Origin: Octopus bimaculoides
Lineage: Eukaryota
Length of the DNA stretch: 64,000 bases
Assembly (NCBI RefSeq): GCF_001194135.2
Contig: NC_068986.1
Coordinates: 56,326,975 to 56,390,974, forward strand
Reading direction: 5' to 3'
Shown here: in pieces, positions 1 to 63,661 of the stretch
Layout of the letters: each line of letters starts with the position of its first letter
Position numbering within the stretch: position 1 is the first letter of the stretch
The notes under the pieces: generated by a model
What the model saw: only the letters and a program-made list of their open reading frames with translations
Database searches by the model: none
What the model was told of the DNA's origin: nothing
Translations under genes and position numbers: made by a program

Positions 1-50842
<50,842 letters not shown>

Positions 50843-51003
50843 GTGAGTTACTTGAACAAATGTTATTCAGCATTAAATTGCAGTTTACTGATAAGAGCTG
50901 ATTTGGTGTATTGTGATTATCCTGAATTTTATTTTATTTGCTGTCTTTAGTTTTATTATAGTAGTAGAAATTATTTTCATTACTATTATTATGATTATTA
51001 AAT

Positions 51004-52045
51004 AAGGCAGCAAGCTGGCAGAATCGTTAGCATGATGAGAAAAATGCTTAACGATGTTTCTTCCAACTTAATATTCTGAGTTCCATTACCACCGAGGTTG
51101 ACTTTGCCTTTCATCCTTTCGGGCTCAATAATATAAGTACCAGTTGAGTTCTGGGGTTGATGTAATCAACTTGCCCCTCCCTGAAAATTGCTGGCCCTGT
51201 GCCAAAATTGAAACCATTATTATTATTATTAAAGTTTTTACATCCTATTTTAGTTAACAGGGATGTTGTTTGAGATCTGGTGACAGCAACTCTTTTTAAA
51301 TATCCTTTCTTAGGATTCTTGTGGAAGGCAGATTTGCACTTTTCTGCAAGTCAGCAATGTGAGTCTCAGTTCCATTATCTTTCAGCTTCTTTGGTAGCAG
51401 TTTTGGGTGTTGTACTGAGTGCACCTTAATCTTCCACTGCATTTTTGGCTTTATGTCTTCACTACAATTAATTATTATTAGGGGTTGGTGGTGGACTGGC
51501 TGTATTGTTAGAACAGTGGCTAAAATGCTTTGCAGTATTTGTCTAGGTCTTTATCTTCTGAGTTAAACTCCTGCTAATTTCAACTCTGCCTTTCATCCTG
51601 GTAAAAGTACCAGTCAAATACTGGAATCAGTTTAATTGACCTATCTTTACTTCCCTCTCTATAAAATTCTGACCTTGTATTTATGTTAGAAATTATTATT
51701 TTTTACAAGGCTAAGGCAGCGATCTGGCAGAACCCTTAGCATACCGGGCATTAGCAACATTTTGTCTGTCCTTACGTTCTGAGTTCAAATTCCGCCAAGG
51801 TTGACTTTGCCTTTCATCCTTTCAGGGTCAGTGAAATAAGTACCAGTTGAAAGCTGGGGGTCGATATAATTGACAAGACTCCTACCCAAAATTTCAGGCC
51901 TTGTACCTTTAGTAGAAAGGATTATTTACAAGGCTGGTAGATTTACAGAACTTTAAAAATATTAGACATAATGCTTAGCAGCATTTAGTTGGTATTTGCT
52001 CTCTGAGTTCAAATCCCACTAAACTCAGCTTTGTCTTTCATCCTT
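51004..52045 (+). mobile_element. Cluster of four head-to-tail family A SINE copies
   Basis: Copies at ~51004-51235, 51490-51700, 51712-51925, 51927-52045 (partial); all + strand with the same internal core. Confidence 0.8.
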
Positions 52046-52745
52046 CCATTCATCGTTTTCGCCAACCACTCCTGGAAGGATTGTTGGGGTAGCATTTTCA
52101 GGCACCTCCCCCATAAAGTCATATCTGAAAAACAACTGTCATTAACCCTTTAGCATTCACATAATTCTGTCAAAATTAATGATTTTTATATTCACATTAT
52201 TTTGAATTAATCATGCATTATCTTGTAGCTATGAGATTTTGATGAGGTAACAATTTTTAGAATGATATTGTAGGGTTGGGATGAAGGGCTAGATTTGGAC
52301 AATGTGAATGTAAAACAGGTAGAATATTATGGCCGGTTTAAATGCTAAAGCGTTTCTGGCTGGATTCCCTTGTGTGGCCAACTGAGTTTTTGGATATTAT
52401 CCAGCCATTTCATTCTTGGTCTATCTTTAAATCTTTGACTGGTTGGATTGGCTTGAAGAATCCATCTTGTGATTTTTTCCTGTGATATTCTAACCACCTG
52501 TAGTACTGGAGCTGTGATTTCTCAATGCAGAGGAGTAGTGGCTCAACCTGACAAAACTCCTTGATTTCCACCTACACTTCCTGTTGAGTAATATTACTCC
52601 AGAGATCCTTCAGAGGAATCCCATTCTGGACAATTGTATTTGTGATTGTACTCTTTTGATCATTACCTGACATTAATAGATGAGAATAGGCATGTAAACC
52701 AAATTGAAGATAACAAGTTTTGGATTTTTTACCAACTTCTCATCT
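52045..52745 (-). mobile_element. Older RTE-like LINE C-terminal fragment split by a MITE
   Basis: Broken - frames read ..QVEPLLLCIEKSQLQYY..VVRISQEKITRWILQANPTSQRFKDRPRMKWLDNIQKLSWP; continues at ~52045-52110 beyond the MITE. Confidence 0.65.
52146..52352. mobile_element. piggyBac-like MITE, third copy, inserted in an RTE fragment
   Basis: TTAA-CCCTTTAGCATT left end; right end degenerate (AATGCTAAAGCG). Confidence 0.75.
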
Positions 52746-53474
52746 TTTGAGATCTTTTCAGGGTCAATATAATAAAGTACCAGTCAGATACCAGGGTGAA
52801 ATTAATGCAATAACCTTTCCTCATAAATCTGTGACTTTCTGCCTATGTTAGAAATTATTTTTATAGGCATAGCAGAATAGACTGAGTGAGACAAAATATT
52901 TTTTATGATATTTGGCTAACTTTTCAACATTCTGGAATTAATGAAGTACCACTGTTTGAATGAAGTCCTATGATGGAAATTTTTACAGTATTATTAACAT
53001 CATTTTTTGAAGTCTATCTTCCATGCTGCCATAGATTGGTTAGCTTAACAAGATCTGATGGATCCAAAGATTGCATTGTGCTCCACTGTCTGCTTTAACA
53101 TGGGTTTCTGTTGCAAGATGCCCTTCCTAATGCTAACCACTTTACAGATATTATATTTTATAGTATGGGAGTCTTTTTTGCATAGCACTAGCGAGGTCAC
53201 TATGCAGTTCACAAGACTAAGATCCCCTTCAACTAAGTGAGGTTATAGTAGAAAAGGAGGTAGCATTATGCTAAGTGACAAAGTGTTGAAGTATGAAAGA
53301 AGAGACCAGAACAAGTTTTTGCTGTAGAGCTGCTACATTGGCTACTCTCTTTATTGAGAAGTTGATGGGAGTAATTGGTGTGGAGTTGAAAAGAGAAATA
53401 AAATAGTGATGACATTTCAAAGTAGATCTGCAAGATGTATGAAGGTGAATGCTATTTGTTATATATATATATAT

Positions 53475-54170
53475 CATCATCATCATCATCATCGTTTAAC
53501 GTCCGCTTTCCATGCTAGCATGGGTTGGACGATTTGACTGAGGACTGGTGCAACCGGATGGCTACACCAGGCTCCAATCTAATTTGGCAGAGTTTCTACA
53601 GCTGGATGCCCTTCCTAACGCCAACCACTCAGAGAGTGTAGTGGGTGCTTTTACGTGTCACCCGCACGAAAATGGCCACGCTCGAAATGGTGTCTTTTAT
53701 GTGCCACCCGCACAAGAGCCAGTCCAGGGGCACTGGCAACGATCTCGCTCGAAAACCCTACAAGGCCAGTCAGGCGGTACTGGCAACGGTCACGCTCAGG
53801 ATGGTACATCTTATGTGNNNNNNNNNNNNNNNNNNNNNNNNNNNNNNNNNNNNNNNNNNNNNNNNNNNNNNNNNNNNNGCACAGCACGTTTCCAAAGGTC
53901 TCGGTCAGTAGTCATCGCCTCGGTGAGGCCCAATGTTCGAAGGTCTTGCCTCACCACCTCAGCCCAGGTCTTCCTGGGCCTACCTCTTCCACGGGTTCCC
54001 TCAACTGTTAGGGAGTGGCACTTTTTCACGCAGCTATCCTCATTCATTCTCACCACATGTCCAAACCAGCGCAATCGTCTCTCTTGCACACCACTACTGA
54101 TGCTTCTTATGTTCAGCTTTTCTCTCAAGATACTTACACTCTGACGGGTATGCACATTTACATTACACAT
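53475..54170 (-). mobile_element. Young RTE LINE 3' end
   Basis: ORF 53811..54170(-): ..LREKLNIRSISSGVQERRLRWFGHVVRMNEDSCVKKC..GRGRPRKTWAEVVRQDL; no stops up to the gap; (CAT)n tail at 53475. Confidence 0.9.
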
Positions 54171-54519
54171 CCATGCACAGAAAGCTGAGTTATACCTGTT
54201 ATTTATTTAGCTCCTAGTCAATTCTGATACAGCAAATCTCTGATCTAAAGCACCCTGTCTATGACCACCATGTGTTAGATCTATCTAGGAATACCTTATT
54301 CAATGTGGCTCCTACCTCTGCTTTTCAAGGTTGTAGAGTGTGATCTGTAGGAAATTTGGCTGCCATTTCTAGCATGTCAAGTGGCCATATAGAAGCTCAA
54401 CTTTGGTGGTTGTGTAACAACGCTGCTTAGGTCTGCAATCCAATGTACATGTAATTTCAGTTTGTATTGGAATATTGAAAAAGACTTTGTAAATGTGAGG
54501 TGTCAACAGTTTCAGTCAC

Positions 54520-56350
54520 TTGTTTCTTTGCTTTTCCTTCTCTATCTGTCTGTCTCTTCTTTTTTACTCTTTTCTCTCCCTCTTTCTGTCTCTCTGTCTC
54601 TTCAATGTTTCTCTTTCCTTCTTTGCATTCTCTTTCTCTCTCACTTCTTCGCATGCTTGCTTGTATTTTCTTTTGTGCTCTGCCTTTGTCCTCTTCTCAC
54701 TCATTCTTTCTCTTTTACTCTTTTTGTTTCTCCTGTGTTCTCTCTGTTGTGCTTTTTCTCTTATGCTTTGTCTCTATTTCTCTCTCTCTCATGCATTCAC
54801 TACTACCTCTCTTTCTCTCTTATTCTCACACGCAACCAATATACCACTTATCTACAATTATTTTCATTTCAACCCCAGCAGCTTTTACCTCACTGCTGCT
54901 TTCTATACTAAGCTGCAAACATTTCAAATGCTTCAAACTGGTGGACAAGTGATTCACCACACCAACCTCTACCTTGTGGTTTCTGTATTCCTTCTCTCTT
55001 CACTAAATTCCCCATCTATATGGGAAATCTACCAGGACCTCACAAAACTTCAGTTACCACCCCCGCTTTCTCCTTAGATTAAAATCACAAGCCAGCCTTG
55101 TTCATTGGATCCTTACTGTATTTACTGTTTGTTCATTGCTGATTTGCAGTCTATTCATCTGATTAGGCTTTGGTAAGTTTTGAAGTGATTCTTAATTAGT
55201 TATTGATCAGCTGAACTGCACTCAGTGAATATATACTTTATTATTTATTTACTTTTTTTTATGACCAACAAAATATTAAAATAAAAGAGAACAAGGAAGT
55301 CTGTGGGTAGGAGTTCAAGTTGCTAGAAATAGCACCCAAATCTCTCATGCAACACCAAAATGTCTTTAAAAGAGTGAAAGATGCATCAGTTGGTGCAGTT
55401 CTAGATATGTTGAGTGGAGGAGGAAGGCTAAAGAATTGTCATTTAGTGGATCGTGTTTGATTGTAGGTCAGCACCATCAGGTCTGACCTCGGGGCAAACA
55501 ACAATGAGGGACTCTGTGTATGGTTACTCAACTTGCAAGATATAACAGCCAAATCTCCTTCATATTACAGCTTATTTTAAAAAATAGAGAAGGCACTTAA
55601 GTTGATGTGGCCTTTGATAATACCATATGNNNNNNNNNNNNNNNTTTAATCATAGAACAAGGCTAAACCCCACCTAAACAACTACAATAAATTTAGAAAG
55701 GGAGCCTCTATGTGGCTAGCTAGCCTGCTAGAAATAGAAGCATCTCACTTGTATCAGATTCAACTTAAAAAATGGTTGGATGCATTGGCTAAAGTAATTC
55801 TTAATACACATTGCTTGCCTGAAACAAAAGCATGGCTGGAGTGGAAGTGTTGGCATAGCTGACCTGGGGGTTAAGCAGCAACTACTAAAGAAAGAATGCT
55901 CGGAAAATACCTTAGGTTTCTAATTTATAATGTTTATTGTTTTTTGTCTGTAATCCATTTTTTGTTTACAAAATAATGAGTTTTCACAATATTTTACAAA
56001 GTATCTCTTTCTTCCTGTCTCTCTCTCTCTGTGTCTGTCTTCATCTCTCTTACTTTCCATCTTTTTCTTATCTCTCTCTCCCTGTCTCTCATCTCTTTTT
56101 ATTCTTATCTCACCTCTCTTCCATCTTATGTCTTTTTTCCCATCTCTCTCTCTCTCTCCCTACTTTATCTTTTTTTCCACCTCTCCTCACTTCCTCTTTC
56201 TCTCTCTGCCCATCTTTCTTTAACCTTGCCTTTCTTTTCTCCTCCATCTCTCTCCACCCTCTTCTCATTCTTTCTCTCACTCTTCCCTCATCTCTCTCCT
56301 TCAACTTTCTCTTTCCTTTCACTCTTCCTTTCCCTTGTTCTCCTTGTTCT
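54520..56350 (+). repeat. Long pyrimidine-rich low-complexity tracts (54520-55080, 55990-56350; also 30340-30760, 31560-31830)
   Basis: Strong C/T skew on +; these tracts generate the spurious L/S/F-rich ORFs of the ORF track. Confidence 0.85.
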
Positions 56351-56616
56351 GCTATGTCCTATATGCATTTTGATTTTATTTCAATGTACCTCTTCAAATG
56401 GGAGGAGTGTTATATTGCTGTAGCAACACAGGAAGCAAATAACTACAAGATGAATGGTGTCTGGTTTGAGGGAGATTTGAGTGCTATATTCTTGCAGGTT
56501 GAATGATCACATGGTGAAATTTTTAATCTCATGTAAAGAAAAAAATGTCTTACTCCTTCAGTCCAAAATTCATTTTAATATAATTGCTAATCACTGACTT
56601 TTGTTTTCTTTTGCAG

Positions 56617-58020
56617 TGTTGGAAGGAATTTTGAAACTGGTACCTGTTTCCTGTTGAGTTCTCTATTGGTCCCCAAGGCACCAATTTCATCTGTGCCATT
56701 TATTCCTTGCTGTTTGTGTGTGCCCCTAACACTCAGTATCTATAACAGTAGTGCTAATGTTGACTACTGTTTCTTCAATAGTCTATTGTATTGGAACTAT
56801 TTACTGCTGCTTCCTCAGTTGTTAAACTTCAGCATATATTATTCACTGGTAATTCTTATTACTGCATGTGTTTATCAGCTTCATAGACACTTTATTGTGA
56901 TGATGACATTCATTGTCTGTCTCAGACACTCATTCTTTTAATACCTCCACCATTGAACCTTTTCATTGGAGCTGTTTCCATTTTAACCAATTCTCAATAC
57001 CTGATTGTTATACTGGAGCTAGTTGATATTGCTGCCACTAATGTTATTCAACCAAGACATAGCAAACTGTTGCTGCTCTCTGTGATTAGCCTCCTGGTAT
57101 TTTTAGCATTTGGAGCCAATCTTAAAATTTGTCCCTACTATCATTCTCAGAGTGAATGTGTTCCATAATATTCCATTCTAGAGTCCATCTGATGTTTTTC
57201 CTTTCCGGTTTGTTTCTCCATTTCAACACCCATTCAATTTGATCATACAAGTGATGTATGAAATATATATTGTAAACTGCCAGTAGCCCCAAAGATCTTG
57301 TAGGTTCCAGCATTTTATATTTTATTGTGTATTTGGGTAGCAGCACACCTAATTTTACATTGCCACAGTTCACCTAACCTGTGACTTAACTGGCAACTTT
57401 ACCAGGGAGGATATTTTCATTTTTCATCTACCTAACACTGGAAACTGGAAATTAAGCACAGTGATTTCTTAAAAAACATGTTGGAGAGTCTTTGAAGAAA
57501 TTTACATTATCATAGAAGATATAATTGATAAGCTTCTTATAACTGAAAATAGGTATTAAATTATTTGCTTTAAAAATATTTTAAAGAAATTATCACAGTT
57601 GCAGTTGACTTTGGTACAAAGAGGGTATAATGTTGTATTAAATAACAATAATGTGTAAAGTCATGTATGACCTGTGTTCTAATCCCATCCATGTCAACTT
57701 CAACTTTTATTTCATTTGGATAACTTGTTTTTATGTTTTTCATCTATTTTATTATTTTTTTTTTGCATTTTTACAAGTTGAAGTTGCACCAGAACTGAGA
57801 TAGATAACAGCAGTGAAGTGTATGTATGTGATATTCTATAGGGCTCACACATACATGCACGTATGTACACTTACTGTCATGGCCAACTTCATGTTCATTC
57901 CTCAGACTTCAATGAAAAATAAAATTCAAAATATCTAAAGCAAAATGGAAAGCAACATTTGACATGTCTTGCTTTAGGTTTAGGGTATTATTTTGCTTTT
58001 GATGATCATCATAATAAAAA
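56617..58020 (+). other. Candidate non-coding terminal (3'UTR) exon of MELK
   Basis: Branch-like CTAAT/CACTGAC, pyrimidine tract and TTGCAG acceptor ending at 56616; ~1.4 kb with few recognisable repeats; AATAAA at 57918 and 58013. The link to the donor at 50843 is inference only. Confidence 0.35.
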
Positions 58021-58548
58021 TAATAGGTGTAGGGACAGTATTTGACACCTTGAGTATTATTTTCACACTGACATTATCTTGATGATGATAATAATAATAA
58101 TAGTAGTAATGATAGTAGTAGTAGTAGTAGTAATAATGGAGGTGTTAGTAGTAACAGTGATAGTGATGGTATATGGTGGCAAACTGTTTTTATATATACT
58201 TCTATATGAGCAGGCTTTCATATTTGCATGTGTGCAAATAGTTTGCTTTTTAATCGGCATTTTCATTAAGACAGCTGTGTTTGTATCTAAAGTTGTTGGT
58301 AGCATGTGTTTAATAATGAATGCATGTGCGTGACTTGTATGACATAACTGGTTGAATATGAAATATATGTGTGTATACATGCACACATATATATGTAGCT
58401 CTGTGTGTGTTTGCACACGCATTTAGTAAAAAAAAAAAATTGTTGTACAAGTTTATACTTATATAAACTTGTATTTTTATCTATCTGGCTCTCTATTTAT
58501 CCACGTGTCTGTTTGTCTGTCCACCTGTTTGTACCTGTCATCCCTCTC

Positions 58549-58609
<61 letters not shown>

Positions 58610-59172
58610 CTGTCATTATCATCACTCATGACTCCTCTATTAATAGATTCATTCATGTTGTAGTTGTGAGTTGAACTAGTTCTTATCAGTTATCCAGTGT
58701 AAAGAAGAGCTTATATATATAAATATATAAAGGAATGCACACACACTGAAAATGGAGTCGGTCATCAGGTTCAAGCAATAAACTCTACAATAGGTATTGA
58801 ATACTCTTTCTCCCATTAGAACAACCAAGCATATATATATATATATATTGTGCTTTATAGTTATGGTAGAATCTATTTATTCATTTAAAACTGATAAATG
58901 TTTCTCCATGCACTATTCTGAATCTCCCACCATAAAGATAGGAAACAAAGTAAATCTTCAGCTTCAGTTGAAGAAATAACTGTGTGTATGTGTACACACA
59001 TACACGTGCACACACACACACACACACATGGGTTTGGTGATACATACAGGAAAATAGAACTCAAAATATGAGCATGTATATATTTTCTATTTAATTAACA
59101 GGTGTTGCAGAGTGATTCAAGGGTCACTTTTGTGTATTGGCATGCATGTGTACGCACAAGTGTGTGTGTATG

Positions 59173-59211
<39 letters not shown>

Positions 59212-60829
59212 TTATTCATGAACTATAAACATCTTTTCAAACAATGTCTCTGAGTGTTCTTTACTGGTCTGTTGGTTTTGAATATTATAATATTTATTAC
59301 ACTTATTACATTTTAGAATTTAAGGACAGAATATCTTTCAACAAGATATATTACTGTATTTAATAGTGTTTTGCTTCCATTTTGAGTTCAAATCCTGCTA
59401 TGGCCAACTTTGTTTTAATTCTTACATTAAATTAATTGCCAGTCATTTTCTGGATTCAGTGTAATCAGTTATGTATTCCCTTCCCATAAAAAGTTGTGGG
59501 TTAGTGGACATGATCATGTGGTCAAGAAGTTTGCTTCATAATCAGGTGTTTTGGGATTAATTGCACTGAGTGTCACTTTCGTCAAATTTCTTCTATTGCT
59601 TAGAGTTGACCAGTTGTTTGTGAGTGGAATTTGGTTAACAGAAAGTATGCAAAAACCTGTTATCTCTATTTGTCTCTATCTATACACACACGTGTGTTTT
59701 TTTTTTTTCGTATCTTATGATCCTCCAGTTCGACAAACAGAGATCAATAAAATAAACAAGTGAATAAAATAAGTAGTAAATATCGGGATAAGTATAATCG
59801 ACTGAAACTCATGCAGGTGTTTAGTGCCCCAGCATTGTTGTAATCCAATGATCAAAATCAGTAAAAGACTTGTATCTATTTCAGAATTTATTATATATAT
59901 ATTTTTTCAAGGTAAAAATATCATAAATTTATTGTATAATTTTATTCAAGTGTATACATATATAATTACAAGTAGTGTTTTTATATACATAAAAACAACG
60001 AACATAAACTAAATAAAGGACTCAATACATGTATTGAGTCAAACATTTATTATAATTTTATTGACAGTGACTACAAAGTTTTCCTAAGTATATGACTGTC
60101 AATAAAATTGTAATTAAAGTGTCTTTTGTTTTGTGCTTTTGCAATTTCAAAATTGTGCATGTGAGTGAGAGAAAGAGACATTAGTGTAACTCCAAATTTA
60201 GTTCAACATTGTTGGTGGTTGTTGTTTAGCCCTGAGTCAGCCCTAATTGACCAGCAGACTTATTATCACATACTATCAAAGACATTCTAGCTGGGAACAT
60301 CTTTCTTCTTTAGATGACATCCAATATGCTCTTCCTTCCTTTTTTGTTTTAAAGACAGTATGATGTTATTTTAGAAGAGATTTGGCTGTTAGCTCTAACA
60401 GGTCAAAGACCACATGTAGGCTCTTTTGTTTTTGAATTTAGCCCCTTTTATAGGTTTTGAATAGAACTGGTCTTTGATCCTATATTATATTAGTAGGATT
60501 AATCACTTATTAGTCAATGCTTCTGACCATGATGAATTCAAATAAATGAGCTTCATGTTTGACAAGAGACAAATTTACTAAAGAAGGACAGTTGTTCAAT
60601 TTCAGGTCAGCTTTACTTGAGCAGATTTCCACCTTCACTATCACAATCTTTTTTTTTTCCTATTTTTGCAGACATAATTTAGGATTACATTATTTAGTGT
60701 ATCTTTTTAATTTTTAAAAATAAACAAGTGTAATTTGAGAGTTAGTTTAGCTGTTATTTCGTGTAGGTTGAGCAGCCATGTAGTGGTTCTTATGGTGATT
60801 TAAAGGGACAATAGATGGTAGCATATGTA

Positions 60830-61278
60830 TAAATAGTTCAGAGGAAGATATCTTATGTTTAGGCATCTGGCTTTTACTGGCAAAAGTGAGAAAAAGAATG
60901 TTTCTTTTTCTGAAGAAGGTTAAGCACCCAAAAGGTTAACTTCTCTTCTGTCTTATGGCATAAAACTTCTTCCACTGTTTGAATTATTTGTATATCTATC
61001 CTTGTTTATCACAGAGGTTTGGTCCTGGAGGACCTCAACAAAAACCCCCTGATAAACGAATCCTCTCCACTCACTTTGTAAATGGAACTAATGGTAGCTT
61101 TATTGACACCACACTTGTGGCCCACAGCAGTGAAGCTATCATCGTCATCTATATTCTTGATTATCTCTACTTTTTCATCTTGGGAATATACTCATCTGTG
61201 ATGTTTATTACGGTCAGGCACCTTCGTATTTTTCTGTTCACTGGTTTCATGTTAAGGGGTACAAGTACGTAAATCCAT
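60830..61278 (-). pseudogene. Tigger/pogo (CENP-B-like) transposase N-terminal remnant
   Basis: From ATG 61278(-): ..HHR*VYSQDEKVEIIKNIDDDDSFTAVGHKCGVNKATISSIYK (psq-type HTH), then TEEKLTFWVLNLLQKK (CENP-B HTH-like); not in the ORF track. Confidence 0.72.
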
Positions 61279-61506
61279 ATAAAAGATATGCAGCCTTGCA
61301 GTACAAGCAAGTAATCACAAGTAACAGTCAATGCCTTCCTGTAGCTGAACATTGTGGGAGGTCACTAGGTTGTTTTTGCCATCAATCAGAATCTTGGACT
61401 GATCACTGACCTGTATTATTACAGATCAACCCATGAAAGGTATAACATTGTCCACAACTGAGCATACCATGTTATCTTGGATCAGTAATAGATAACGCTA
61501 CATGTA

Positions 61507-62027
61507 CAGAGTGGTCTGAAAGTTTTGTTACTCCCTACCCAAAAGTAATGAGAACAATAGAAGAACAAATAATGCAGTAATCCAAAGTATGAACTGGATT
61601 TAGTTTATTCACTTTCATTGACGCTGTCATACATCGAGAAGGTCTGTATGAACATCATTTTCGTGGCACAAAATGGTGTGACGCCATGCCCTGTGTGAAA
61701 TTTTGAGAAACTGTGCTTCACTGATTGTTGCTAAGGCTCTCTGAATGGCGTCCTTCAACTGATGGATATTCTGGTATCATTCATGTGAAACTCTCTCCTT
61801 GATAATACCCCACAGAGCAGTATCGTAGGATGTGAGGTCTAGACTTCTGGTAGGCCAATCAACAGGTGCTGGAAGTTGTTGCGATTCTCACCCCTATCTA
61901 TCTATCCCGAAAAACTTTATTTAGGTATTGCTGGACAGTGATAGCATAGTGAAGTGTGGCACATATATTACTAAAACTGATAATAATGACAATATATAGG
62001 GGGTAACAACACTTTTGGACCACCCTG
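61507..62027 (-). mobile_element. Internally deleted Tc1/mariner-superfamily element (521 bp)
   Basis: TA|CAG(A/G)GTGGTC..AAAGT.TTGTTAC TIRs at both ends with TA flanks (61505-06, 62028-29); - strand DWPTRSLDLTSYDTALWGIIKERV (WPPRSPDLTP-like). Confidence 0.82.
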
Positions 62028-63661
62028 TATTTTTTTTCTTCTTGTCAACACCTAGTTTTATTTGATTCTATTTTACTATGTTCAAAAATCCCAACTGTTG
62101 GTCAAATGCAGAATTGTTTGGATTTATTTTGATGATAGGTTTTTGTTTTCGATTTCTAAAAATTCTAGTCATTTCTCACCAAATCAAACTGAAATAAAAA
62201 CTTGGGTTGTTTTAACTAAGAATTGAAACTGAAATGTGGACTGTTCAAGAACTAACTGTAATTACCTTCAACAATATTGATTTACAATATAGGTACATTA
62301 TAATATAGGTATATATTTTAACAGGAGTGGCGTGTAGCTGATACAAGAGGACTATTGTATTTCAATGGTATTTATTTTATTGACTCTCAGAAGATGTCCT
62401 TAATGAGATTTGATCTCTGCTGCAAGGACAATAAAAATAGCAAAAGATTGTAATTTCTTGCTCAGGCTGAAGACTGAGATAACGTGAAGGACTTTAACAG
62501 AATGAATATAATAAACTCACTTCAAATCGAGGATCAAGTTTTTCTGTGAGTTGTACATGTTCATTTAACCTGCTACAAATAGCAGTTAAATCTCCTTTAA
62601 ATCATCTTGTTGTCTTGAAAAATTGTGGTAGAGACGCATTAAATAATGTATCTTTGATGTTGTAATGTAATGGATTAATATAGTATAGTTGAACTGAAAT
62701 CCTCACCCAACTGGGAGATTGATGACAAATGAATTAATATCAAAGTGTTGCATCAATTGTTTATGAGTAATGCTGTATTACATAGCGTACAAACATACTA
62801 TCAATCACTCTTACATATTACCCTTTCTCTAAAAAGCAGACCCCCTAAAAAAAAGATGCCAAATAAAAAAAATTGATGAATTTTCTGTGTAATGGATGTA
62901 TCATTTAACTAACCATACAAATATTCACTTTTACTTGATTAATACATGTATGGCTCTACTGGACTATGCTAACCCGTTGTGTGTTGACACTGATTGGCAG
63001 TCAAGTTGAACTCCAATTCTAGACTGGGGCTTTATATATTTCATCAGCCTTGAAAAAATTAAAAAAACAAAGTAAGCTTGGCAAGATTTGAACTCAGAAC
63101 ATCGAGAGAAGGATAAATACTATAAGGCTTTCATTTTGCTCTGTGCATTAAAGATTGTTACTTTTTATCTCTTGTCTGCAATAAGTTTCATTTTTTTTTT
63201 ATTTGGAGGAGGTAAGGCAACTGCTATGACTATTTTTCCTTGGGATTCTGAAATGAGGAAAGGCAGAGAGAAGCTACAGTGTGTGTTTTACTGTTGCTGA
63301 AAGTAGTGCAACAAGATATCACATTATCTTTATACTGGGTGCAATTAATGTCACTTCAGGTGTCACATTTCAGTATTAATCAGAGTAACAAATTAATTCT
63401 ACCACACCAGAACAAGAACATTCCTTTTGATGGTCTGACTCACTTTCCCCGTTGTGAAGCTGTGGGTTTTGTCTGCTATGTGAAAAAAGTTATAGTACAA
63501 ACTTGAAATCAATAAAAGCAACTGATTTTTTTGCCTTTCTTTACTATTTCTGCTGGCTGGTCATTGAATTCCTAGATGGTTCTGATAAAGTTGATTCTGT
63601 GGAACATTGTATTCAAAATTTAGGATAGACAGGGTAACACAAAACATTTTAAATATGTATA

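Noticed and set aside
56654-57168. Two hydrophobic + ORFs resembling membrane proteins
   Set aside because: They have non-ATG starts, lie in different frames, and T-rich composition explains the hydrophobicity; better read as UTR or intergenic sequence.
60979-61272. 97-aa + ORF preceded by an acceptor-like CACAG
   Set aside because: It is the antisense shadow of the - strand Tigger-like transposase remnant.
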